The notes under the pieces: generated by a model
Database searches by the model: none
Seen by the model: the letters and a program-made list of their open reading frames with translations, nothing else
What the model was told of the DNA's origin: nothing
Program-made: the position numbers and the translations under genes
Shown: positions 1 to 9,379 of the stretch, in pieces
Position numbering within the stretch: position 1 is the first letter of the stretch
Layout: each line of letters opens with the position of its first letter
Source: an uncultured Gammaproteobacteria bacterium
Lineage (GTDB): Bacteria > Pseudomonadota > Gammaproteobacteria > CAWCPV01
Direction of reading: 5' to 3'
Assembly (NCBI GenBank): GCA_963797555.1
Contig: CAWCPV010000009.1
Location: forward strand, 192,001-256,000
DNA: 64,000 bases

Positions 1-206
1 AGGCACGCATTGGTTGGGCGAGGGATGGCGTGCCCTGGAACCGTATTAACTTCGCCAGGGCCAGCCCCCTGTGCAAAGCGAACCACGAGCAAGTGTCTCC
101 AAGTGCCCACAAGATTTCACAAGGCTGGACCTGACCCCGGTCCTCGGTCCTACAAGCGTCTTCGGGCGTCTACAAGATGGGCAGCTAGCAGCCCCGCCTT
201 ACCCGA

Positions 207-509
207 CTAGCCCCTTCGTCGCTGCCATTCTGCCGGATCGCGACTCACGTGAAGCACCGCCAGCACCACGATCACCTCGCCCTCAACGGCGAAGTAGACA
301 GCGTACGGGAAACGGTGCGCCAGCGCTCGTCGGATCCCCGACCGCAAAGGCTGGTACTTCAGTGGCCCATCGACAACTCGGTCGTACGTCGCACGCAATT
401 CGTCCAGGAACTCCCGACCGAGGCCAGCTTGCTCCTTCTCGTACCAGTCGAACACTGCCGCAACGTCCAGATCGGCTTGCGGCTGGGCAACAAGCCGATA
501 CTCGGTCAC
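207..509 (-). CDS. RelE/ParE family type II toxin
   Basis: 100-aa ORF with ParE-like pattern (WYEKEQAGLGREFLDEL...RFPYAVYF...VLAVLHVSRDP); overlaps the upstream antitoxin by 4 nt. Confidence 0.85.
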   Translation of the reverse strand: MTEYRLVAQPQADLDVAAVFDWYEKEQAGLGREFLDELRATYDRVVDGPLKYQPLRSGIRRALAHRFPYAVYFAVEGEVIVVLAVLHVSRDPAEWQRRRG

Positions 510-739
510 CGATCTTGCTTAGCGAGGCGATCCAGCGCCTCATGTGCCGGCTGTGCACGGCTTGGATCTCGGCGGTACTCAGCAAGCCGCTCTTCGGCGA
601 GTTTAAGGTGCGTCTCCGGGACCGGAATTTCGCCTGGCCTCTCGGCGATACGGTCCCAGAGTGCTTGCAGGTAGCGGATTTGCTCGGCCTTCGAAAGATC
701 GCTGAACCCCATGGGTTCCGGAAGCGTAGTAGGTTGCAT
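506..739 (-). CDS. Putative addiction module antitoxin (TIGR02574-like)
   Basis: 77 aa, LSKAEQIRYLQALWDRIAE...HLKLAEERLAEYRRDP, typical of antitoxins paired with ParE toxins. Confidence 0.75.
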   Translation of the reverse strand: MQPTTLPEPMGFSDLSKAEQIRYLQALWDRIAERPGEIPVPETHLKLAEERLAEYRRDPSRAQPAHEALDRLAKQDR

Positions 740-819
740 GCGTTACCCTCGCCATCAGGCTAACCCTAACCCATATCTCATGATTAGATAGATTAGATTG
801 CATCATCCCTCCGGGCTCC

Positions 820-910
820 GCGGTGGGGGCGCCGGTTAGCCGGCGCCCCCCGCTGTCCCCGCCGTGCAGTTTTCCGGCGCCGGGTTCCTCGGTTGCACTC
901 GTTAGCGCGG
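820..910 (-). mobile_element. Group II intron 3' end remnant (domains V-VI)
   Basis: Minus strand reads GAGGAACCCGGCGCCGGAAACTGCACGGCGGG (degenerate DV), then the GGGGGCGCCGGCTAACCGGCGCCCCC hairpin (DVI). Confidence 0.6.
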
Positions 911-1171
911 CTTCGAGTCGAAAAACGCTAGATTACAAGACCTGACCCTCACGCGTGTGCGAGCCACACCCCCGTCAGAGCCTCATGCTACCCTTCTGAC
1001 GGACTCCCGTCACCTGCATAAATCCGATGGTAGACCCGCACGCGTGTGTGCTATCATTGGGTGCCTCCGATAGGGGAGGTTCCGGGTTGATATAGACTTG
1101 CAAACTACCGTGTTTAAGGTGTATTGGCCGTTAGGCGTCATCTTGTATTTATTCTACGGGGTTACTCCGGC

Positions 1172-1483
1172 ATGACAGACATTCAACACACACACCTTGT
1201 TTATTTGCGACAGTCCGTAGAAGAACCATGCCTTTCTTTTGTTCGCTATCAATGCGCCTCGTCTCCTTCGAACTACGACAAAACAAAAACAGATATATTT
1301 CTGTTATGCACAGATGTCGATGACCAGCACCCATACTACTTAAGCGTGACTGCTCACTATAATGAGAACGCAACAAGAAAACTTAAGATTCCGCATAATC
1401 TTGTTTTGATGATAGTCGAGGACCCGCATACTCCCGGAGAGCCACGCCTTTCATTTGGATTTGTTCCGCCTTCACCGGAATAA
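1172..1483 (+). CDS. Hypothetical AT-rich protein, possibly cassette-like
   Basis: ORF 1124-1483, first ATG at 1172; much lower GC than the core genes; GTTAGGC core-like site at about 1130. Confidence 0.4.
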   Translation: MTDIQHTHLVYLRQSVEEPCLSFVRYQCASSPSNYDKTKTDIFLLCTDVDDQHPYYLSVTAHYNENATRKLKIPHNLVLMIVEDPHTPGEPRLSFGFVPPSPE

Positions 1484-1584
1484 TCATCTTCGCTGCTTCC
1501 GGGCGGTAAAGTCCACACGGAACCACGCACCCGAATACCACTACGAGTGCGCAACTATCCATACAGAGATGCCACGCGATCTCG

Positions 1585-1650
1585 GCCATGCGTCGATTCG
1601 TCCCCGGCTCCCCGCAGAACCGGACTTGGAGGGTTACACCATCCGGCTCC
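1585..1650 (-). ncRNA. Group II intron domain V and start of domain VI
   Basis: Minus strand GAGCCGGATGGTGTAACCCTCCAAGTCCGGTTC directly at the end of the RT/maturase ORF. Confidence 0.75.
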
Positions 1651-2360
1651 CAGTTTGAGCCTTCCACCAAGGGATGGGATAGAGGTCATGGAGGATGCGA
1701 GCCACCGGCAACAAAGGACGAATGACCGCGCCGAAACGTTTCCAGGTCAATGAGCGTCGTTGGCTGCGTCGGTTCAGCCATTTGAACAGCAGGCCCGTGG
1801 CGAAGTACACGTACCCCGCCACGCCCCGACTATTGCCGCTGACGCCGTAATACTGGAGGTGGCCCCGGAGATGGCGGCCGACATAAGCCACCATGGCCGC
1901 TCCGCCCTGTGCCCGCAGGCCGCGCAGTCGCTCGCTCAGTTGCTTGAGCTTCGTGCGCACCCGCTTGGCGTCGGTCCGGCGTCCGACCACGAATCGTCCG
2001 CTGCGGCTGCACCCCACATAGTGGGTGAAGCCGAGAAAGCTGAAGGTCCGCGGTCCCTGGCTATCCCGGGCTTTGCATCCCAAGGCCTGACGGCCAAACT
2101 GCAGGAGCGCCGTCTTGCTCGGTTCGACCTCCAGGTCGAACTGCGCCAACCGTTGCGTCATCTCCATTAGGAAACTCCGCGCGTCGGCTTCCTGCTCGAA
2201 ACAGGCGACGTAATCATCGGCGTAACGAATCAGGTAGGCTTTGCCCTAACAACCCCTGGCGAAGCGTTTCTCGAACCAGAGGTCGAGCACGTAGTGCAGG
2301 TAAATGGTAAATGTTACTGAGTACGGGCGACACCAGTCCCCCTTGCGGGGTCCACCTCAG
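1634..2360 (-). pseudogene. ltrA: Group II intron reverse transcriptase/maturase, 5'-truncated and broken
   Basis: TPQGGLVSPVLSNIY, AYLIRYADDY (about 2207-2240), FSFLGFTH and the maturase WLNRRSQRR motifs lie in different frames with stops. Confidence 0.85.
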
Positions 2361-2401
2361 TCTATTGTCCTTTCCAATCCCATGAAACTTCTCCTCCGCG
2401 T

Positions 2402-2650
2402 TCACTTCACCTTTTTGATGACCGGCGGCTTCCAGGTGCCGTCGAGGATGGCCTGGTCGGGCCAATAGGCGCGGAGCCAGATCGAGAAGTTCCCCACCGG
2501 CGCGGGCAGCCAGTTGGATTCCTTGTCCTTGCCCGGCGACGTGTTGCCGAGATAGATCGTCAGGCCGCCGTCGGGGTTGTACTTCAGTGTCTTGTTCTTC
2601 GTGCCGAGCGCGAAGCGCTTCAGCGCGTTCGGGTAGAAGAAGTGCGCCGG
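2402..2650 (-). pseudogene. DUF1254/DUF1214 protein C-terminal fragment
   Basis: Own translation: [31 protein letters not shown]...[20 protein letters not shown]...GTWKPP; no start codon. Confidence 0.7.
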
Positions 2651-2664
2651 GTTGGAGCGATAGT

Positions 2665-2838
2665 GGTCAGGTCTTGCAATCCAGCAGCATACAAGTAGTG
2701 GGGCCTAGTCTTGCACAGGCGTCGAGTCGCAAAACGCTAGATTACAAGACCTGACCCTCACGCGCCCTCACGCGCTAGATTACAAGACCTGACCCCACGC
2801 GTGTGTGACCCCACGCGTGTGGACCCCCACGCGTGTGC
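2665..2838. repeat. GGTCAGGTCTTG-type inverted repeat cluster
   Basis: GGTCAGGTCTTGCAATC (2665-2681) pairs with GATTACAAGACCTGACC (2740-2756); a further copy at about 2774-2796; tandem CCCCACGCGTGTG units; near-identical copy at about 915-957. Confidence 0.7.
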
Positions 2839-3331
2839 GATTCCGCGAACCAGCAGATCCAACGTAACGGTCAAGGCATAAGCACGGCCCGGCACGAGGT
2901 GACGGCGGTAGAGGACGATTCACAACCCGCGCGCCAACGACGACAGGATACACACGGTAGCCCGGATGGAACGAAGTGGAATCCGGGGAGCGGAAACCGG
3001 CGCCATTCCCAAGATGCTGTCGTCTCCCTCCCCGTCTGTTCCGCTGCAACCCTGTCCCTCAATTCTGCTGGGCTCCATCGAGGCTGCGAGTTACGGACTG
3101 CGCTCGCTTCCGCGTCATCAAGCTCGCGGATGAGGCGGTCAACGTGTTGGCCGCGAGGAGTCAAGCCTGTCCTGCGCTTGTCAAAGGGACCGGGCGCGCA
3201 TGGTGCCTCAAGGAGGCACAGGATGTTACAAGAATGGACCAGACCCTAACCCGACGAGGCATTGAAACTCGTCGGCCGGCTATGGCGGGGCGGGATTCGA
3301 CAAGAGTCCTGCCCTTGCTATAGTAGGGGCT

Positions 3332-3456
3332 ATGGCAAAGGTTCCCGGCAAACTGCAGGTGACTATCCCAAGGCGGTCGCCGAGCGGTTGGGCATTCGCC
3401 CCGGGGACAAGATGGATTGGGTGCCCGCCGGCGACGCCATCCGCGTCGTTCCCTAA
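3332..3456 (+). pseudogene. AbrB/MazE family antitoxin, frameshifted
   Basis: MAKVPGKLQVTIP continues in another frame as KAVAERLGIRPGDKMDWVPAGDAIRVVP. Confidence 0.65.
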
Positions 3457-3723
3457 GGCGCTGCGCCGGCTGCCCGCGCCGTGCAAGAACGGCTTCAGAG
3501 ATTCGACCAGGCCACCGAGCGCCAGCGTGAGCGCGAAAGGCAGGAACCCGCGGCACTCGCCGAAGCTCGCGTCTGGACCCGAGACCAGCTCTATTGAGGC
3601 TTGCCGGGCGGGGCGAGCTGCAAAAGGGCACCACAGAATTCGGTGCGCATGTGTTATAAGGTTAGACCTGACCCTGAAGCCCTTGCGGACATAGCCTAGC
3701 TGCTGACTACCTTTTGGAGTGAC

Positions 3724-4548
3724 ATGAACCTTCTCGATGAACTCGTTCGCCGCTGCAGCGATGTAATATCCCTAGCGGAAGGCGGTCAGAAGAAGGTACT
3801 TGCGGCGGTCCACCCAGAGTTCGGGCCTGTGGTCATCAAGTATGGCGAGTATCGCTACTCGTCAAGTCTAGAGCGCATCTCGCGGGAAGTCGCCCTTCTG
3901 CGAGAGATTGAGTCCCGGTACTATCCCAAGCAGTACGAGTTCCTGATCGAGCCCGTCGATCGAGTGTTTCTCGTGGTTGAAGAGCGCCTCGACGCAGTTG
4001 AACTGACGCGGGTGAAGAACCGCTTTTCCTCCGATGCCGAGATTTCGGGCCTATTGGCTCACTTGGTCTGTGCTTTGAATGTGATCTGGCAGCGCAACGT
4101 TGTTCATCGGGACATCAAGCCCGCAAACATCTTGATTACGTGCGACAACGAGCCAAGAATCATTGATCTAGGAATTGCGCGTTTCCTCGATGACACGTCT
4201 CTAACTGCAAGTATCGCCGGCCGCGGTCCTGCAACTCCGATCTATGCGGCCCCTGAACAGTTGGTCAACAGGAAGGCGATGATCAATGTGCGCACAGATT
4301 TTTTCTTGCTTGGTATTCTCGTGTTGGAGTTAATGCACGGCTTTCATCCGTTCGACCCGCAGCATGTTGGCAATCAGAATAGTCTCTTAGAAAACATCAT
4401 GCTCGGCAGTTACGTCCCAGTTGATCAAGATCGGGACGGGCGGTTAGTTGGCTTCGTAGAGCGGGTGTTGCAGACACAGCCGTTTAAGAGATTGAGGACT
4501 GTGGACGCACTGATGACTCAGCTCCGAATGGATCGTCAATCATGCTGA
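3724..4548 (+). CDS. Hanks-type Ser/Thr protein kinase, catalytic domain only
   Basis: GGQKKV loop, VVIK, HRDIKPANIL, DLG and TPIYAAPE motifs. Confidence 0.92.
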   Translation: MNLLDELVRRCSDVISLAEGGQKKVLAAVHPEFGPVVIKYGEYRYSSSLERISREVALLREIESRYYPKQYEFLIEPVDRVFLVVEERLDAVELTRVKNRFSSDAEISGLLAHLVCALNVIWQRNVVHRDIKPANILITCDNEPRIIDLGIARFLDDTSLTASIAGRGPATPIYAAPEQLVNRKAMINVRTDFFLLGILVLELMHGFHPFDPQHVGNQNSLLENIMLGSYVPVDQDRDGRLVGFVERVLQTQPFKRLRTVDALMTQLRMDRQSC

Positions 4549-5228
4549 TCTACCACCAATGTGGACATAACTTCATCTGGGATATTCAGTCGCTCCAGGC
4601 TGACTACACTGGCGATGGATTGATTATATCTCCAGTCAACGTGGAGGCGGATCGTGTACGGGATCGGGTACCGAAGGACATTCTAGCCAAGAGCTGGATG
4701 GATCCCCAATTCTATTTGTTGCACGATAGCAAGGGCAAGCTCGCCACGTATCCGTTCTTCCCCGGCAACGTTCTGGACGACTTTACGACTGCCGAGTTCG
4801 TGAGCCACGCTCCACAAGTGGCCGAAGAATGCCTGGCCTTTCAGCATGAGCTGGGACTTAGGTATTCGGTCATTCCAACCAGGTACTTCGAGGATCTGCC
4901 CGGCGATTATTTAGAACAGCTAAGTTCACTGTTCGTCGAGCCCTTTATTGAAGCCAAGCATGCACTGGGGCTGACTGAGCCCCTGCTGCTTACGGTGATC
5001 GCCAAACCGCTGCATATCTCGCCCGGGCCTATGCGGGACGAACTGCTTTCGTGGGCAACCAGCTACGAAGATGTGGCCGGGATCTACCTGCTTCTTGACA
5101 ACAACTTTTACTCCAAGCAAATAAAGGATCCCGGGTACCTTGCTGGGGCGCTGAGGTTCGTACGCGCCCTCCGGCAGAATGACTTAGAGGTGCATCTTGG
5201 GTATTGTGGGTTGGAGGGTCTACTTTTG

Positions 5229-6743
5229 GGCTCTTTCGGTAATTGTGTGGATCGTGGTGGTCGAGTAGCATCCGTTCTGAGCAATCGTCTATCACAACAT
5301 CTTGTGGTTGGGCCTGTGGGGTTGTGGGCGAGAGGCCCGCGAGTGTGGGCAACCGGGAGGTTGTCCACACGGTCCTTGGGACGCGGGCCGCTCCGCAGGA
5401 CTCGTCCACAAATCCACAGGCCATCAAGGGGGGAGCGCCATGGAGCCAACGCATCTATTCACGACGGCACTGGGCCTCACGGCGCCTTGGGAAGTCACCG
5501 GCGTACGCTTTGACCCCGAGGCTGGGCGCATCGACCTCGAGGTGGCCTTTGCCAAGGGGAGCCGCTTCGCCTGCCCGGCGTGCGGAGTGCCAGGCCAGCC
5601 GGTGCATGATACCCGCAAGCGCAGCTGGCAGCACCTGAGCTTCTTTAAGTCACGGGCAGACCTGCACGCGCATCTGCCGCGAGTGCGCTGTGAGAGCTGC
5701 GGCAAGACGACTCAGGTCGAGCCGCCGTGGGCGCGCGCACACAGTGGCTTCACCGCGCTGATGGAGGCACTGGTGGTGACGCTGTGCCAGGCGATGCCGG
5801 TGGCGACCGTCGCCCGGCACCTGGGCGTGGGCGATGAGCGCCTGTGGGGGGTGCTCGAGCACTACGTGGAGGCGGCCCGCGCCCAGGAGGACCACTCCCC
5901 GGTGCGCGCCGTGGGCCTGGACGAGACCGCCGCCCGGCGTGGGCAGCACTACATCAGCCTGTTCCATGACCTCACGGGAAAACGCCTGCTGTTCGCCTGC
6001 GAGGGCCGCGACCAGAGCACCGTGGCGGCCTTTGCCGCCGACCTCCAGGCGCACGGGGGCGACCCGCAGGCCATCGAGCAGGTGTGCATCGACCTGTCCG
6101 CCGCTTATCTCGCCGGGGTGACCAAGCATCTGCCTAAAGCCACGGTGAGCTTCGATGCCTTCCATGTCATCCAGCTCGCCAACCAGGCCGTCGATACAGT
6201 GCGCCGCGAGGAGGTCAAGACCGAGCCCGCCCTCAGGGGCACCCGCTGGACCTGGCTCAAAGACGCCCACGACTGGACCTGGGAGCAGCTCACCGACTTT
6301 CACTGGCTCTCCCGCGCCCGCCTCAAGACCGCCCGTGCCTGGCGCCTCAAGGAGGCGCTGCGCGATATCTACGCCACGGCCAGCACCCTCGAGCAGGCCG
6401 AGAGCGCCCTCGGGCGCTGGTATAGCTGGGCACGGCGTAGCCGCCTGCAGCCCATGAAACGCCTCGCCACTACCCTGAAAGAGCACTGGGACGGCGTGCT
6501 CGCCGCATTCCACTCCGGCCTCACCAACGGCCGCGCCGAGGGCATCAACTCCCTCATCCAGGCTGCCAAAGCCCGCGCCCGAGGCCACCGCACCACGCGC
6601 TCGCTCATCACCATCGCCTACCTCATCGCGGGCAACCTGGCCCACTTGCCGGCCTTGCCGTTCAACACACGATCTTGTGTCAGACCTCAGGCAGAGGCTG
6701 CCGCAGCGTAAGCATATCTACCCACACGATTCCGGTAAGAACC
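5229..6743 (+). mobile_element. ISL3 family insertion sequence, 1515 bp
   Basis: Imperfect IRs GGCTCTTTCGGTAATTGTGTGG / GGTTCTTACCGGAATCGTGTGG; 8-bp TSD TACTTTTG at 5221-5228 and 6744-6751. Confidence 0.93.
5440..6711 (+). CDS. ISL3 family transposase
   Basis: Zn-finger CPACG...PRVRCESCG, GLDET, CIDLS, FDAFHV and TNGRAEGINS motifs. Confidence 0.93.
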   Translation: MEPTHLFTTALGLTAPWEVTGVRFDPEAGRIDLEVAFAKGSRFACPACGVPGQPVHDTRKRSWQHLSFFKSRADLHAHLPRVRCESCGKTTQVEPPWARAHSGFTALMEALVVTLCQAMPVATVARHLGVGDERLWGVLEHYVEAARAQEDHSPVRAVGLDETAARRGQHYISLFHDLTGKRLLFACEGRDQSTVAAFAADLQAHGGDPQAIEQVCIDLSAAYLAGVTKHLPKATVSFDAFHVIQLANQAVDTVRREEVKTEPALRGTRWTWLKDAHDWTWEQLTDFHWLSRARLKTARAWRLKEALRDIYATASTLEQAESALGRWYSWARRSRLQPMKRLATTLKEHWDGVLAAFHSGLTNGRAEGINSLIQAAKARARGHRTTRSLITIAYLIAGNLAHLPALPFNTRSCVRPQAEAAAA

Positions 6744-7230
6744 TACTTTTGTCATTGGCGGACCCTACCTCCGTTACCGTTGGTTCTTACGAAAATCTGC
6801 GGTCATTTGGAACGCTACGTCTCGAAAGCCGTGAGCCGAGGATCCGTCGTGGACCGCGACCCAGAATCTACTCGGGTCGCCTCATACAATGGGTCGAAGA
6901 CACCTTCCTGCCTCCCCTGCGGCAGCTCATGCCGGACTGGCGGGACTACTTTGACGATTCACCATACAAAGACTACCTCCTCGATCCCCACAGCTTCCTT
7001 AGTTTTCAGCGGTCAGAGATCTACAAGCACTATTTCTTTATTTTTTCTCGGCAAATAGAGGCGCTTCCCGCTGTTCCTCAGCGTGCCGGCTACTTAAGTG
7101 GCCGGGTGACGGAGGCTCTGGAGCTGTTCGAACAGATTAGGGCAGCACGTGTGTTCCTGGACTCAGACTCCGACTACTCGCATCTACCCGGATGGTTGAA
7201 CGCCATTGCGATGTTCCAGGAGCAGCCGGA

Positions 7231-7848
7231 ATGACACAAACGGCGAGCGGCTTCCAGTCAGAGGCTGCACTGGTTCAGAAAGGTCGGCGGCTCATACGTG
7301 GCGCCCTCCGAAACGTAGATGGACAAGTCCGGACGCGCTACGAGTTACCGGCCCCGGGTGCGGTCCCAGATTTGGTGATCTTTAGCAAGAGTTCCAACGA
7401 GGTGCAGTATGTGATCACCGTTGAATTCAAGCTTAGTGACTGGCGCCGAGCTATAACTCAGGCATTCCGCCATCGCAACTTCGGAAACGAGGCTTATGTA
7501 GTACTCGATCAGGCTCGATCGGCTGCCGCCGTTCGCCACGTTGATCTCTTCGAAAGAGCAAACGTTGGTCTAGTAACGGTTGATGCGGAGAATGTGGTAA
7601 GGGTATGGCATTACCCACAGCCTGGATTGCCCTTCTCGTCACAGTTTTCCCGCGCGGTGGCACGGGCACTTCTCGGCTCGCATCGAACGGTTCCAGCCGA
7701 CCCTCCTTTCGTTCGAAGCATTCGTGGTGGGATAGCCCTTGCGGGGCTGAGGAGGACTTGGGGCTCACCGCAACACGCCCCGTCGGCGGCATCATCCCCG
7801 GTCGGGCATGGCACAGCAAAAGGGCTTACGACGCCTACTCATTCGTAA
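7231..7848 (+). CDS. PD-(D/E)XK nuclease-like protein
   Basis: E...VPDLV...VEFKLSDWRRAITQA...AYVVL...NVGLV pattern; ATGA overlap with the previous stop. Confidence 0.65.
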   Translation: MTQTASGFQSEAALVQKGRRLIRGALRNVDGQVRTRYELPAPGAVPDLVIFSKSSNEVQYVITVEFKLSDWRRAITQAFRHRNFGNEAYVVLDQARSAAAVRHVDLFERANVGLVTVDAENVVRVWHYPQPGLPFSSQFSRAVARALLGSHRTVPADPPFVRSIRGGIALAGLRRTWGSPQHAPSAASSPVGHGTAKGLTTPTHS

Positions 7849-7875
7849 CTGCGGCAGCGAAATAATTCGACCCTG

Positions 7876-7984
7876 GCCCAACGGATTGCGCTTAACCTTC
7901 CGGGTGCGGCGGCCGCAAGCAAGACGGACTACCATCTTGGCAGGAGGGGCCGCCGCACCCGGCAGCTTCAAGTGCGTATTATGC
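7876..7984 (+). repeat. Degenerate attC-like site
   Basis: GCCCAAC start, perfect 15-bp inner stem CCGGGTGCGGCGGCC/GGCCGCCGCACCCGG, ends ATTATGC (one change from GTTATGC). Confidence 0.55.
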
Positions 7985-8286
7985 GGCGACTCCCCGGCCG
8001 TGACTGTGCGTTTCGGATCGCTGCATTGATCGTGTCGAGGAAGTCGTCGTCTAGTTGGCGGATGCCGCGTATCGGCCACGGGAATGCCGTGCTGCCTTAG
8101 ATACGTTGCCAACTTGTACCTAAAAGGTCAGATTCCAGACTAGCCGCGCCTGGCGGTCCGGTCAAGGGGTCGCCGCACAACAGATCGTCCAGTAACTGGA
8201 GCCGCGTGGTTACAGGACACCGGCCGCACCACCCACGAGCCAGGCGAGCGTCCCTGTTCGGGCGCCGAAGATTCGATCGAAGCCGC

Positions 8287-9204
8287 TTACCCCTCCTGCG
8301 GAGCGTCGTAGCGCTCGTCGAACTGCTGGGCCTCGCTCTTTTCCGCCTGTCTGCGTTCGGCGAGCCGCTCCCGCGCGCGCTCCAGCCGCTTCTCCCGCGC
8401 CCCCTCGCGCAGCGGGATGGTGTGCTCTCCGAACAGCACTTGCTTGAGAAAACGGAAGGCGAAGCACAGCAATGCTTCTTCGTCCGCCAGGAGCTGCCGC
8501 TGCGTCTCCGCTTCCAGGTCGAAGACTTCCTGGAAGCCGGGGCTCTGGACGAACTCGCGGAAGCTGTCCGGGTCGTAGCTGCACATGTCGAAAAGCTGCA
8601 TGCTGCGCTCCGTCGGCTTGCCGACGGTCGGGCCGCTGGAGCGCTTTTTGATGACGATGTCGCGCCACTCGGCGTTCATCTCGTCGTACTTGTCGACGCC
8701 CTGCTCCTGGCGGTACGCCCTCACGGTCAGGCGGCGGGGCTCGAAATGGCCCAGGCAGTGGGCTTCTCTGACGAGGAAGTAGATGTCCTCGACCTGCGCG
8801 CTTTCCTTCTTGCGCACTCCCATGCTCCCCAGGGCGTAGTAACGGCAGGCGGCAGGCCGGTCCTCGTAGACGCCGCAACCTTCCTCCGTGAGGAACACAC
8901 ATTCCTGGGTGCCCGGCTTGGTGAGGAGCTTGAGACCAGGCATGCCGAGGTGGTCCATCTCGAACGGCACGCTGTACCGGGCGACGAACTCCCTGGACAG
9001 CATTCCCAAGCGCTGCTTGAGCCGCAGGATGTCGTAGGGCGTCAACTGGATGTCGATGCTCTTGCAGCACGCGTTGAAGCAGGCGATTCCCTTGTGGCAA
9101 TCGAACTGGATGGTGTCGTCCAGTCCCAACTGCACGGGCTCGATGGGGCTGCGGCTGGGAAGATCGAAGGGCTTTGCCGATAGCTCGTCCAGTGCTTCTG
9201 ACAT
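8287..9204 (-). CDS. YkgJ/FliB family cysteine-cluster protein
   Basis: CHKGIACFNACC, CVFL...CGVYEDRPAACRYY and HCLG motifs; directly downstream of aprA. Confidence 0.85.
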   Translation of the reverse strand: MSEALDELSAKPFDLPSRSPIEPVQLGLDDTIQFDCHKGIACFNACCKSIDIQLTPYDILRLKQRLGMLSREFVARYSVPFEMDHLGMPGLKLLTKPGTQECVFLTEEGCGVYEDRPAACRYYALGSMGVRKKESAQVEDIYFLVREAHCLGHFEPRRLTVRAYRQEQGVDKYDEMNAEWRDIVIKKRSSGPTVGKPTERSMQLFDMCSYDPDSFREFVQSPGFQEVFDLEAETQRQLLADEEALLCFAFRFLKQVLFGEHTIPLREGAREKRLERARERLAERRQAEKSEAQQFDERYDAPQEG

Positions 9205-9326
9205 ACGTGCTTACTCCCGGCGGACGCGCCTGGTAGGGGGGATGAGTAAAGCATACAACGAGTACTGGTGGGAGCCCAGCGTGACGGCGGAACGGCTCGC
9301 GGAGCACTGCCTGCAGAGAACAGAAG

Positions 9327-9354
9327 GGCCGGGCGCCCTCTGGGGCGCCCGGCC
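9327..9354 (-). terminator. Hairpin downstream of aprA
   Basis: 12-bp stem GGCCGGGCGCCC/GGGCGCCCGGCC followed by a pyrimidine run on the minus strand. Confidence 0.5.
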
Positions 9355-9379
9355 TGCGGTACCCGCCCGTGCGGGCGTC

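Larger units (their letters stand above)
4542..7234 (+). pseudogene. Unknown 389-aa protein interrupted by ISL3 (segments 4542-5228 and 6752-7234)
   Basis: Removing the IS and one TSD copy joins ...GLEGLLL to SLADPTSVTVGSYENLRSF... in frame; start overlaps the kinase stop. Confidence 0.85.

Noticed and set aside
1634-2360. Retron, DGR or CRISPR-associated reverse transcriptase
   Set aside because: Maturase motifs and the adjacent domain V show a group II intron remnant, far from the cas genes
4542-5513. 323-aa ORF as a complete protein
   Set aside because: Its last part reads into the ISL3 left end; the true C-terminus is at 6752-7234
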